Numbered from the stretch's first letter, positions 1 to 9,548 are shown. The stretch: DNA of 64,000 nucleotides from Candidatus Eiseniibacteriota bacterium (GCA_041483195.1 JBGPFC010000023.1:1-64000); one strand, 5' to 3'. Notes: generated by a model not told the origin, from the sequence alone. Numbers and translations: made by a program.

Positions 1-128
1 CCGCCGCCGAGGGCGTCGCGGATCCCTTCGCAGGCCGGCCGAAACGACGATCGACGCGCACCACCCAGGATCTCGGATCATGCGCGCCGACGTTGCGAAT
101 CCTCGGACAGGCTCCTAGCCGCCGCAGA

Positions 129-164
129 CGACGAGAGCCCGGCCGCGAAGCCGGGCTCTCGTCG
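129..164. terminator. GC-rich hairpin downstream of the PorV-LysM gene
   Basis: Perfect 15-bp inverted repeat CGACGAGAGCCCGGC / GCCGGGCTCTCGTCG with a 6-nt loop, about 20 nt past the stop at 185. No clear U-tract. Confidence 0.6.
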
Positions 165-184
165 CATCTGCGCCGGGGCGCGCT

Positions 185-2149
185 CTACCTCTTGGGCGGC
201 TTCGGGAGCTTGAGGACCTGGCCGCGCTTGACCTCGTACTTCACGAGGTTGTTCTCCATCATGATCGCCGGCGCGCTCGTGCCCCAGCGCTTCGCGATGC
301 TCTCGAGCGTCTCGCCATGACCCACCGTCACGTGGTCGGGCCGCGCGACCGGCTTCGCGGCCGGAGCCGGGACCGGAGCCGCGACCGGAGCCTGCGCTGC
401 GACGGTTGCCGGAGCCGCGACGGGTGCCGGGGTCGCTTCAGCCGTCGGCTCGAGCTTCACCGGCGCGGCCGGAACCTCCGCCTTCGTCTCCACCGGCGCG
501 ATCAGCGCCTCGACGGGCGCGGGCGGTGCAGGCATCGGGGCGACGATTTCAGGCGCGGGCTTCGGCGCGATCGTCACGTTCGCGGGCGCAGGCGCGGATT
601 GTTCAGTCGCGGCCGTCGGCGCCGGGGTCACGTGACTCACCGTCGCGGGGGGCGGGGAGATCGGGAGCTTCGGCGCAAACAGCGTCGCCGCCGGCCGGGG
701 CGTGGCGGGCGCAACCGGTTTGGGCAACGCGGGACCCATCGCGGGTGCGCTCGCGGCCTTCGCGGCGGGCGCGACCGGCTTCGGCGGCGCTGGGGCGACC
801 GGCTTGGGCGGCGCCGGGACAATCGCGGGTGCGTTCGCGGCGCTCGGCGCCGGCACGATCGGCTTCGGCGGCGCTGGCACAATCGCGGGTGCGGTCGCGG
901 CCTTGACGACGGGCGCGGCGCTCACCGGCGCCGGCGGACCGCTCACGACTTCCGTGCGAGGCTTCGCGATTCCGGCGGCGGGCTGGGGCGGCGCGGGCGC
1001 AGGCTTCGCGGGCTCGACCGCCGATTTCGCCGGCTCCATCACGGACTTCGGCGGCGACGGAGGCGGCACGCTCATGGATTTCGGTTCGCTCGCCGGCGGC
1101 ACCTCCGGCTTCGGCGCCTGGACCGCGCTCGAACGGGCGAGCTTCGGCGCCGCGGACGCTGGCGCTTCGCCGGCCTCGGCGCGCGTGCCCGATCCGCCTA
1201 CTCCGAGGCCGAGCGCGGAGGGATGGAACGCGAGGCCGATGCGGTGCTGTCCGCCGCCGTTTCCGCTCACGAGGTAGCCGTAGTCGAACCACATGCCAGC
1301 GACCCCGGTGCCCATGCCGAACGTCTGGCCGCTCATGGGCTCGTTCGGTCCGGCGCCGAGTTCCGCGCGATAGCCGGTGCGGAGCGCGAAATGATCGTTC
1401 CACCGCCACTCGATCCCGCCCCGCACGTCGTTGTAGTACGCGCTCGGAAAGTTTGCGTCGAGCGCGACGCGCAGTCCGGTGATCGGGTGCGTGAACGAGA
1501 CTCCCACTCCGATGTTCGTGGGAAACGGATAACTCGCGGCGTCGTACTTCATGCTGCCGCCGACGTTCTGCGCGGCCAGCCCGAAGCCGAGCATGCCGGA
1601 GTGCGCGGAGAGCCCGGCATCGAACGTGACGCCCGACCCTGACACGCTGCCGAGCTTCTCGCTCGCGAACTTCGCTCCGAGCCCGACGCTCGCGAACGGA
1701 CCGACCGGGCGCGCGACCTGCACGCCGAACGCGGAGCTCGAAACGTCGAAGTTGCCGATGGGATTGTTCGAGGCGTCGCGCCCCTGGAAGCTGCCGTCGC
1801 CCTGGAACAACCCGGTGACCGCCCAGCGCAGGTTGGCGGGCCCCATCCGGCCGCCCATCGACGCCCACTCCTGCGAGCTCTGCTCGGCGAGCCCGGCGTG
1901 CGCGAACAACAGCTCGGTCTGATCCAGCCGGCCGAGCGCGGCCGGATTCCAGGACGCCGCGCTGAGACCGCTTCCGATGCCGAGCGTCGCGCCACCCATG
2001 CCCACCGCACACGCGTCCGCGCCGATCGAGAGGAAGTTCGCGGCGGTCGTGCCGGCGCGATCGATGCCGGCAAGCGCGGACCCGGGCAGCAGCACGAGCA
2101 GCGTCGCGGCGGCGAAACGGATGCGCATGGACTTCCTCATCGTGGTCAT
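185..2149 (-). CDS. PorV/PorQ-family (UPF0164-like) outer-membrane barrel fused to a long Pro/Ala linker and C-terminal LysM domain
   Basis: Start reassigned to ATG 2149 (ATGA overlap with the upstream stop). Signal peptide, then PorV-like motifs 'AGTTAANFLSIG..A.GMGGA' and 'WNPAAL', alternating beta-strands ('ALRTGY','FDYGY'), a PAPPKP-rich linker and LysM 'HVTVGHGETLESIAKRWGTS...NNL...GQVLKLP'. Confidence 0.8.
   Translation of the reverse strand: MTTMRKSMRIRFAAATLLVLLPGSALAGIDRAGTTAANFLSIGADACAVGMGGATLGIGSGLSAASWNPAALGRLDQTELLFAHAGLAEQSSQEWASMGGRMGPANLRWAVTGLFQGDGSFQGRDASNNPIGNFDVSSSAFGVQVARPVGPFASVGLGAKFASEKLGSVSGSGVTFDAGLSAHSGMLGFGLAAQNVGGSMKYDAASYPFPTNIGVGVSFTHPITGLRVALDANFPSAYYNDVRGGIEWRWNDHFALRTGYRAELGAGPNEPMSGQTFGMGTGVAGMWFDYGYLVSGNGGGQHRIGLAFHPSALGLGVGGSGTRAEAGEAPASAAPKLARSSAVQAPKPEVPPASEPKSMSVPPPSPPKSVMEPAKSAVEPAKPAPAPPQPAAGIAKPRTEVVSGPPAPVSAAPVVKAATAPAIVPAPPKPIVPAPSAANAPAIVPAPPKPVAPAPPKPVAPAAKAASAPAMGPALPKPVAPATPRPAATLFAPKLPISPPPATVSHVTPAPTAATEQSAPAPANVTIAPKPAPEIVAPMPAPPAPVEALIAPVETKAEVPAAPVKLEPTAEATPAPVAAPATVAAQAPVAAPVPAPAAKPVARPDHVTVGHGETLESIAKRWGTSAPAIMMENNLVKYEVKRGQVLKLPKPPKR
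700..900 (-). repeat. Intragenic tandem repeats encoding PAPPKP(V/I)A / APAIVPAPPKP units
   Basis: Near-identical 24-nt units (gcgaccggcttcggcggcgc / gcgaccggcttgggcggcgc), and caatcgcgggtgcg recurring 60 nt apart. Confidence 0.65.
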
Positions 2150-3183
2150 GGCTGGCGCACCAGTTTGATCATGTTTCGCGTGTCGCCCGCGATCAGCCAG
2201 GCGCGGTAGACGCCGGGGGCCACCAGCCGTCCCGAGTCGTTTCGTCCGTCCCACACCACGCCGCCGCCCGCGCAGCTGGTGGAGCCGAGGAGCGGCAGGT
2301 GGCGCACGCGCTGGCCCGCGGAGTCGAGCACGTCGACGACGGCGTCGCCTGCGCCCGAGGCGGGCACCGCGATCGGGATGCACACCGACTGTGCGGAGGT
2401 GCTTGGGTTGGGGAACGCCGGCGAAACGGTCCAGTCCGCGGGTGCCGCCCCCGCCGTGAGATCGATGCGGAACGCGCTCGAGAGCGCGCTCTCATTACCG
2501 CTCAGGTCCGAGGCGCTCACCTTGTACCAGAGCGAAGTCGCTCCGCCCGGCAGCGAGGTGTCGAGGTACTGGGTGGCCGAGGTCAGCGCAGCGTTGAGGC
2601 GGGTGTAGCTGCCGAGCGCGCTGGTCGCGCGATAGACCGAGTACCCGTCGAGATCGGGCTCGCTGTTCGCGCTCCACGTCACGCGCACGTTGGGGCTCGG
2701 AAAGGTCGCGCTCACTCCGGAGGGCGCGGCGGGAGGTGCGGCGTCCAGCACCCAATCGCAGAGGACGACGTTCGAGATCGCCGACCAGTTGCCGGCGTCG
2801 TCGACGCTGCGCATCGCCACGTAGTACGGCGTGCCGTTCGAGAGGCCGCGAATCGTCACGCCCTGCCGCGTCCCGTTCGGCAGCGGCGCGGGCAGGCCGG
2901 TCACGACGGTCGCGGCGCTCCAGTTCCCGGCGTCGATCGGCGAGGTCGAGATGCGCATCTCGTAGCCGGTCGCGGTGCCGATCGCGCCGTCGTCGCCGGG
3001 CGCGGTCCACACCATGCGCACGCTGTCCGCGCCGCCGCCCTGCGCGTTCGCCAGCATCGGCGCGAGCAGCAGCAGCAGCAGTCCGAGGACCAGGGGCGCG
3101 AGGCGGCGCCACATCCGGCGCCCGTTGCGGAGGCGCGAGGCCGGGCGCCGGCGGCGGCGCCTGTAGATACGCTGTTGCATCAC
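2146..3183 (-). CDS. Secreted Fn3-domain protein with FlgD-Ig/T9SS-like C-terminal domain
   Basis: Hydrophobic signal ending 'ANA'; Fn3 modules 'WTAPGDDG...YEMRISTSPI' and 'VTWSANSEPDLDGYSVYR'; C-terminus 'AFPNPS...WDGRNDSGRLVAPGVY'. GTGA overlap with the upstream gene. Confidence 0.8.
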   Translation of the reverse strand: MMQQRIYRRRRRRPASRLRNGRRMWRRLAPLVLGLLLLLLAPMLANAQGGGADSVRMVWTAPGDDGAIGTATGYEMRISTSPIDAGNWSAATVVTGLPAPLPNGTRQGVTIRGLSNGTPYYVAMRSVDDAGNWSAISNVVLCDWVLDAAPPAAPSGVSATFPSPNVRVTWSANSEPDLDGYSVYRATSALGSYTRLNAALTSATQYLDTSLPGGATSLWYKVSASDLSGNESALSSAFRIDLTAGAAPADWTVSPAFPNPSTSAQSVCIPIAVPASGAGDAVVDVLDSAGQRVRHLPLLGSTSCAGGGVVWDGRNDSGRLVAPGVYRAWLIAGDTRNMIKLVRQP

Positions 3184-3995
3184 CGGGCTACCACAGGCCG
3201 CAGCCTATCGATGGCAGGCGCCGAATGCCAGCTCATCCACACGAAGCTCGCGGCCAGGTCGCGAATCGCGGCGGGCGAGAGCGTGTCGGGCGTGATCGCG
3301 CTCGGAACGTTGGAGAGCGCGCTCACGTTGCCGGCCTCGTCGCTCACGCGCATCGCGAAGTAATACGTGGTCTGGCGCGAGAGATTCCGCGCCGTCACGC
3401 TCTGGGCGGTGCCGGGCGCAGCGGGCGCCGGGGCGCCGCTCACGACGCTCGCGCTCGCGAAGTTGAGCGCCGTGATCGGCGCGGTCGAGACGCGGATGTC
3501 GTAGGTCGTCGCGGCGCCGGTCAGGCTGTCGTCACCCACCGCGGTCCAGCCCAGGGTCGCGGTCGTGTCCGTGATCGAGGTGACGGCGAGCGTCGCGATC
3601 GGCGCGGGGCGAATGGTGTCGGGCGCGGCCGCCGTGGCCTTCGATGCCAGGTTCGAGATCCCCGACCAGTTCGGAACCTCGTCGGCGGTCTTGATCGAGA
3701 AGTAGTACAGGGTGCCGGGCAGCAGGCCGCTCACGACGACGCTCTGGCGCGTGCCGGGGGCCGCGGGGGTGGGCATCGCGTTCCAGCGGGTCGCGGCCGC
3801 GAAGTTCGAGGCGTTGATCGGCGATGTGGAGTACCGCAGGTCGAACTGGGAGGCGTTGCCGATCAGGCTGTCATCGCCGGGCGTGGTCCAGCCGAGGGTG
3901 ACGCTGTTCCAGGCCGACTGGGCTTCCGCGTTCGATGCGATCATGAGTGCCAGTCCGATCAGTGACCTTGCGCACAGCGAGCGAATCCCTCTCAT
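3180..3995 (-). CDS. Secreted protein with two Fn3 (WTxxGDD-type) repeats
   Basis: Signal peptide ending 'AEA'; repeats 'WTTPGDD...FDLRYSTSPI...LYYFSIK' and 'WTAVGDD...YDIRVSTAPI...TYYFAMR'; GAGGGG RBS upstream. Confidence 0.8.
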   Translation of the reverse strand: MRGIRSLCARSLIGLALMIASNAEAQSAWNSVTLGWTTPGDDSLIGNASQFDLRYSTSPINASNFAAATRWNAMPTPAAPGTRQSVVVSGLLPGTLYYFSIKTADEVPNWSGISNLASKATAAAPDTIRPAPIATLAVTSITDTTATLGWTAVGDDSLTGAATTYDIRVSTAPITALNFASASVVSGAPAPAAPGTAQSVTARNLSRQTTYYFAMRVSDEAGNVSALSNVPSAITPDTLSPAAIRDLAASFVWMSWHSAPAIDRLRPVVAR

Positions 3996-4561
3996 GGCAC
4001 CCCTCTAGCGGGCCGTCTCGTCGACGCACCGACTCATGGTGCGAGGCGAGCGGCCGGCGACCGCGAGAATCCATTCCGAGATGTCGTGTGCGGTGCCGGA
4101 GGAGCCGCCGGACCACCGTGGCTTCGAGGCCGTCATCGTGAAGCCGTGGCGCACGAAAGCCGCGGCGCCAGACAGCACGAAACGTGCCCCGGGTGGGAGG
4201 CGCGAAGATCGCGCGACGCAAGAGCCATGCGAGCCGCGAAAGCCGCCGCGATCGCGGCCGTTAGCGCGCGATCATGTGTTCTGCACGGCGCGCGCCGGAG
4301 GGGCAATCGCGTTGGATCCTGCAACCGGGGTGGCGCGCACGTGCAACGGAGGGCCCGACCCCCACGGCGATCCCGAGCGCGCCTTCGGGCCCGGGAGCGC
4401 GGCGCGCTCGCCCCGCCGGGCGGGCCACCCTCGCGGAGCCCCGGACCGCGCGAGGCGGGACAGACCGCGGGCGTTTCGCCGCGCCCCGGGCGGGCCTTCG
4501 TGCAGTTTGCGCGGCGCGGAGCGCCCCGCGGCGGCTCGCGCGACACGATTCGCCGCGGGCG

Positions 4562-4591
4562 TTGACACCCGCGCGCATGCCCCCCTATCCT
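4562..4591 (+). promoter_or_regulatory. Sigma70-type promoter for the pil operon
   Basis: TTGACA (4562-4567), 18-nt spacer, TATCCT (4586-4591), in the divergent intergenic region. Confidence 0.6.
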
Positions 4592-4799
4592 TGGTCGCCT
4601 GATACGAGGGATGGCCCGCCGTGCCATCTTGGTGAATCTCGACGGGCCGCCGTCGTTCCGCGCCATCCTTTCGCGCTTCGCTCTCATGGAGCCGCTCCCC
4701 GGCCCGGCACGACGTCAATCGGATGGGCTGCTCACGTCCCGCGACGCAGCCCGGTGAATGGTCTCTACATACAAGCGAGGAGCAGACCCCAGGTCCTCC

Positions 4800-5930
4800 A
4801 TGAGCACACTCCCCCTCGAGCGCGACTCGATCCTCAGGCACGGCGTCGAGCTCGGTGCCTCGGACCTCATCATCACCGCCGGCCACCCGGTCATGATCAC
4901 GGTCTCGGGAGTGCTCCAGCCGCTCCCGGGCTGCGCGACACTGTCGGCCGCGGATGCGCGCCGGCTCGCCGAGAGTTTTCTCACGCCCGCGCTTCACGAG
5001 CGGTTCCTGCACGAGTTCGAGCTGGACACCCGCTACGACCTGACCGGGGTTGCGCACTTCCGCGTCAACCTGTTCATCCAGCGCGGGCACTGGGGCGCGG
5101 CGATTCGGGTGATCCCGCTGCGCATCCCGCTCCCCGCCGAGATCGGGCTCGCGCCCCACATGATCACGCGCCTGCTTGGCATCACTCGCGGGCTGGTGCT
5201 GGTGACCGGCCCGACCGGGTCTGGCAAGTCTACGACCATCGCGGCGCTGCTCGAGCAGATCAATCAGGGGGGCGCGCGGCGCCACGTCGTGACGGTCGAG
5301 GATCCGATCGAGTTCGTGTTCGAGCCGAAGAACTGCGTGTTCGAGCAGCGCGAGGTCGGCACCGACACCAAGAGCTACGCGCGCGGATTGCGCGGCGCCC
5401 TGCGCCAGCTGCCGCACGTCATCTTCGTCGGTGAGATGCGGGACCTCTCCAGCATGGCGATCGCGCTCACCGCCGCCGAGACCGGAAACCTCGTCATCTC
5501 GACCATGGCCACCCAGTCGGCGGCGCAGACCGTGACGCGGATCATCGACTCGTTCCCGCCCCACCAGCAGTCGCAGGTGCGCTCGCAGCTCTCGCTGACG
5601 CTGCGCGCCGTGGTGTCCCAGGTGTTGCTGCCGCGCGCCGACGGCCGCGGCCGGGTGGCCGCGCGCGAGGTCATGTTCGTGAATCAGGCGATCCAGAACC
5701 TGATCCGCGACGACAAGGTGCACCAGATCGCCAACGTGATCTCGACCAGCCTGCGTGACGATATGATGAGTCTGGACGACTCGCTCACCGAGCTCGTGGA
5801 TCGGGGCTCGGTCGAGTTCGAAATCGCCCATCCCTACTTCGAAGACGTCGAGAAGCGCGCAAACCTCCAGAGGCGCCACTACCGCGTCGCGCCGATCGGC
5901 GAGCCCGCGGTGAAAGCGAGGACGACATGA
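4800..5930 (+). CDS. pilT: PilT/PilU-family type IV pilus ATPase (His box degenerate)
   Basis: 'ASDL', 'FRVNLF', Walker A GPTGSGKST, 'TVEDPIEF', 'QREVG', 'VGEMRD', and AIRNLIRE-like 'AIQNLIRD'. Alternative start at 4758. Confidence 0.85.
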   Translation: MSTLPLERDSILRHGVELGASDLIITAGHPVMITVSGVLQPLPGCATLSAADARRLAESFLTPALHERFLHEFELDTRYDLTGVAHFRVNLFIQRGHWGAAIRVIPLRIPLPAEIGLAPHMITRLLGITRGLVLVTGPTGSGKSTTIAALLEQINQGGARRHVVTVEDPIEFVFEPKNCVFEQREVGTDTKSYARGLRGALRQLPHVIFVGEMRDLSSMAIALTAAETGNLVISTMATQSAAQTVTRIIDSFPPHQQSQVRSQLSLTLRAVVSQVLLPRADGRGRVAAREVMFVNQAIQNLIRDDKVHQIANVISTSLRDDMMSLDDSLTELVDRGSVEFEIAHPYFEDVEKRANLQRRHYRVAPIGEPAVKARTT

Positions 5931-7654
5931 CGCTCTCCTTCCGGCTCTCGACGCGTCGCTTCGGCGAGCTGCTCATCGAGCGCGGGCTGCTCACCCCCGA
6001 CCAGCTGAACGAGGCGCTGCGCGCCCACAAGGATCCGCGCGAGCGGCTCGGGCAGACCCTGATCCGGCTCGGGCTGCTCCAGGAAAAGGACGTGATCGCG
6101 CTGCTCGGCGAGCAGTTCTCGCTCCCGGTCGCCAGCGCCGACCTGCTCTCGAAGGCGGACCCCGATGCGGTCCAGCTGGTCCCCGAGCATCTCGCGCGGC
6201 AGGCCGGCCTGCTCGCGATCCGGCGCGGCGAGGACAACACGCTCGAAGTCGCGGTGGGCGACCCGCTCGACGTGGTCTCGCTCGACTACCTGCGCGCGCT
6301 CACCGGCTGCACCCTCAAGGTGTGGATCGCCAAGCCGAGCGACGTGCGTGAGGCGGTCGAGGAGTTCTATCAGGAGATCCGCGCCAGCGAGCAGGTGGGC
6401 GCGATCCTCGACAAGCTCGACCTCACGGGCGCGAGCGACGAAGAGGCGGACGTCGATCTCGCCGCGCTGCGCCAGCAGGTCGAAGACGCGCCGGTGGTGC
6501 GGCTCGTGAACCTGATGCTCGCCGAGGCGATCGACGCGCGAGCGAGCGACATTCACGTCGAGCCCATGCGCGATCGCGTCATGGTGCGGTTCCGCGTGGA
6601 CGGACTGCTGCAGGAGGTGATGAAGCCGCCCAAGAACCTCCAGATGGCGATCGTTTCGCGCATCAAGGTGCTCGCCGATCTCGACATCGCGGTGCGGCTG
6701 CTGCCGCAGGACGGGCGTCTCACCGTGCACCTCCCCGACCGCGAAGTGGACATCCGCGTCTCCACCCTGCCCACCTCGTTCGGCGAGAAGGTCGTGCTGC
6801 GGCTCTTCGACAAGCAGGCGTTCACGCGCGAGATCGCCCACCTCGGGCTCGAGGGCGCGGGCCTCGACGCGTTCCGCCGGGCGATCCACCAGCCCTACGG
6901 CATGATCCTGGTGTCGGGACCGACCGGGAGCGGCAAGACCACGACGCTCTACTCCGCGCTCAACGAGATCCGCAACGTGCAGCGCAACCTGCTCACCGTC
7001 GAGGATCCGATCGAGTACCACATCGAGGGCGTGAACCAGGTGCACGCGAACCACAAGGTCGGCATGACCTTCGCGCGCGCGCTGCGCTCCATCCTGCGGC
7101 AGGACCCAGACGTCATCATGGTCGGCGAGGTGCGTGACGCCGAGACCGCCGACATCGCGGTGAAGAGCGCCCTCACCGGTCACCTGGTGCTGTCCACCGT
7201 GCACGCCAATGACGCGCCCGGCACCGTCACGCGCCTCATCGACATGGGCGTGCCGCGCTACCTGGTGGGCTCCGCCATCACGCTGGTCATGGCGCAGCGC
7301 CTCGTCCGGCGCGTCTGCGAGCGTTGCAAAGAGCTCTACCTGGCCGAGCCCGAGCACGTCGCGGCGCTCGGCGAAGACGCGGCGGCGGTCACGGGCCGCC
7401 GGCTCGCGCGCGGCCGCGGGTGCCTCGCCTGCAAGCAGACCGGCTATCTCGGCCGGGTCGCGGTGTTCGAGGTGCTCGAGCTCACCAAGCCCGTGCGGCG
7501 GCTCGTGCTCGACGGCCTCAACGAGGACCAGATCAAGCAGAAGTCGATCTCCGAGGGCCTGATCACGCTGCGCAAGAGCGGGATCAAGAAGGTGCTCGAT
7601 GGCGTGACCACCATCGAGGAAGTCCGCGCCGCGACGTTCGGGGACCACTCGTGA
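5927..7654 (+). CDS. pilB: PilB/GspE assembly ATPase with N-terminal MshEN domain
   Basis: 'ASDIHVEP', GPTGSGKTT, 'LRQDPDVIMVGEVRD', 'TGHLVLSTVHAND', Cys pairs CERC/CLAC; ATGA overlap with pilT. Confidence 0.93.
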   Translation: MTLSFRLSTRRFGELLIERGLLTPDQLNEALRAHKDPRERLGQTLIRLGLLQEKDVIALLGEQFSLPVASADLLSKADPDAVQLVPEHLARQAGLLAIRRGEDNTLEVAVGDPLDVVSLDYLRALTGCTLKVWIAKPSDVREAVEEFYQEIRASEQVGAILDKLDLTGASDEEADVDLAALRQQVEDAPVVRLVNLMLAEAIDARASDIHVEPMRDRVMVRFRVDGLLQEVMKPPKNLQMAIVSRIKVLADLDIAVRLLPQDGRLTVHLPDREVDIRVSTLPTSFGEKVVLRLFDKQAFTREIAHLGLEGAGLDAFRRAIHQPYGMILVSGPTGSGKTTTLYSALNEIRNVQRNLLTVEDPIEYHIEGVNQVHANHKVGMTFARALRSILRQDPDVIMVGEVRDAETADIAVKSALTGHLVLSTVHANDAPGTVTRLIDMGVPRYLVGSAITLVMAQRLVRRVCERCKELYLAEPEHVAALGEDAAAVTGRRLARGRGCLACKQTGYLGRVAVFEVLELTKPVRRLVLDGLNEDQIKQKSISEGLITLRKSGIKKVLDGVTTIEEVRAATFGDHS

Positions 7655-7670
7655 TGGCGAGCCGGCGCTG

Positions 7671-8933
7671 ATGCCGAGCTACTACTACAAGGCGCGCGAC
7701 CTGAGCGGCCGCGCGCACGAAGGCATCGAGGTCGCGGCCTCCGAGGACGAGGTGCTGCGGATCCTCGAGGGCTCGAAGCTCATCCCCGTCCGCATCGAGT
7801 CACGCACGCCGGACGCGGCGAAGGGTGTGAGCAGCGATTTCGTGCGCAAGATGCAGCGCGTGCTCGACCAGTTCATGCTCGGCGCCAAGCCCGGATCGGT
7901 CGCCCTCTTCGCGCGGCAGCTCGCGACCATGATCGGCGCCGGGCTGCCGCTGGTGCGCTCGCTGCGATCCATCAGCCGCGACCACCACGACCGGCGGCTC
8001 GCGAAGGTGCTCGAGCAGATCGCGGACGACGTGCAGAAGGGCGACCCGCTCTCGACCGCCCTGGGGCGACACCCCAGCGTATTCGACGAGGTGTTCGTGA
8101 GCCTCGTGAACACCGGGGAGGTGAGCGGCACGCTCGACCGCATCATGGATCAGACCGCGACCTACATGGAGCGCGGCGAGACGCTGCGCCTCAAGGTCGA
8201 GGCGGCGCTGCGCTACCCGATCTTCGTGCTGAGCTTCGCCCTGATCGTCACGGTGGTCATGATCCTCAAGATCGTCCCGATGTTCGCGACCATCTACGCA
8301 CGCTTCCGCGTGCCGCTCCCCCTTCCCACCCAGATCCTGCTCACCGTCAGCCGGATCGTGACGGGCAACCTCTTGATCGCCTCCGGGTTGACCGCGCTGG
8401 TGGTGGTTCTTATCGCTTACGGGGTCCAGACCTCGGTCGGTCGGACCTGGCTGGACCGCGCCAAGTTCAAAATGCCCCTCTTCGGCCCCCTCATTCGCAT
8501 GTATGCTGTTACCAAGTTCGCGCGCACCCTGGGCATCCTGACCGCCAGCGGCACCCAGATCCTTCACGCGCTCAAGGTGATGCGACCGGTCCCGGGGAAC
8601 CGGGTGCTGGAGCAGGGCATCGATCTGGTGCGGTCGCGGGTGGAGCAGGGCACGTCGCTGTCGCGCGCCATGACGGAATCGGGAGTTTTCCCGGAGATGC
8701 TGGTGCAGATGACGGCGACCGGGGAGGAAACCGGACAGCTCGACAACATGCTGAGCCGCACCGCCGACTTTTACGAGCAGCGGGTCACGGCGGCCGTGGA
8801 TGGGCTCAGCTCGCTGATCGAGCCCGTCGCCATCGTGGTACTGGGCGGAATGGTGGGCGTCATGTTGCTCGCCCTCTACATGCCCATCTTCAACCTCGGC
8901 CAGGCCATGCGAACGGGCCTGCTGGGGCATTGA
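7671..8933 (+). CDS. pilC: PilC/GspF inner-membrane platform protein
   Basis: 'FARQLATMIGAGLPL', 'GEVSGTLD', 'ALRYP', 'GEETGQLD', 'LIEP', 'LYMPIF'. Confidence 0.93.
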   Translation: MPSYYYKARDLSGRAHEGIEVAASEDEVLRILEGSKLIPVRIESRTPDAAKGVSSDFVRKMQRVLDQFMLGAKPGSVALFARQLATMIGAGLPLVRSLRSISRDHHDRRLAKVLEQIADDVQKGDPLSTALGRHPSVFDEVFVSLVNTGEVSGTLDRIMDQTATYMERGETLRLKVEAALRYPIFVLSFALIVTVVMILKIVPMFATIYARFRVPLPLPTQILLTVSRIVTGNLLIASGLTALVVVLIAYGVQTSVGRTWLDRAKFKMPLFGPLIRMYAVTKFARTLGILTASGTQILHALKVMRPVPGNRVLEQGIDLVRSRVEQGTSLSRAMTESGVFPEMLVQMTATGEETGQLDNMLSRTADFYEQRVTAAVDGLSSLIEPVAIVVLGGMVGVMLLALYMPIFNLGQAMRTGLLGH

Positions 8934-9052
8934 GCGTCACGCCGCACGGAACGGCGCGACGGTTCGAGGGGTAGACGAAGGCACGTCGAATCGGGCCTGG
9001 TGGTCCGGTGAGTGACTGGTGGAGAGCCAGAACCCGAAGAGGAGAAGGAACC

Positions 9053-9481
9053 ATGCGCAGAACGGAAAAGGGCTTCACCCTGATGGAGCTGATGGTCGTC
9101 ATCGTGATCGTGGCGATCCTCGCCGCGGTGGCCGTGCCGCTCTACATCAACTACGTCAAGGATGCCCAGCGGACCGAGGCCAAGGGCGCGATTGGGGCCG
9201 TCATCACGTCCGAGCAGACACATTTCCAGCGCTACGGCGAGTACCTCGCCTACACCGATGGGCTCTTCAAGGCGCCCCCGGCGGCCGACAAGGACCGCTT
9301 GGATTGCGACATCCGCGACGCGCAGGCCAACTGGACCTTCACCGTCACGACCCCAACCAGTGTCACGGACGGTTTCGTTGTCACGGCGGTGGGGGTGGCC
9401 ACGGGACCCGCCGTGGGCCTCACCGTGACTTTCACGCTTTCGCGCGGCACGCCACCGGCGGATCCGTGGACGGAATCGTAG
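9053..9481 (+). CDS. pilA: Type IVa major pilin
   Basis: Class III signal MRRTEKG|FTLMELMVVIVIVAILAAVAVP with Glu5; strong GAGGAGAAGGA RBS. Start moved to ATG 9053. Confidence 0.85.
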   Translation: MRRTEKGFTLMELMVVIVIVAILAAVAVPLYINYVKDAQRTEAKGAIGAVITSEQTHFQRYGEYLAYTDGLFKAPPAADKDRLDCDIRDAQANWTFTVTTPTSVTDGFVVTAVGVATGPAVGLTVTFTLSRGTPPADPWTES

Positions 9482-9548
9482 TTCTCCCGGTCTCTCCGCC
9501 GGAACTTTGAACGGAACTGCGGGGCGCCGCGTTCGTGGCTGGTCCGGG

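Noticed and set aside
1..128. Possible gene end at the window start
   Set aside because: No recognisable motif or convincing reading frame in this short stretch.
4331..4345. Sigma54-like TGGCGCGCACGTGCA upstream of the pil operon
   Set aside because: GG-to-GC spacing is 9 nt, not the required 10.
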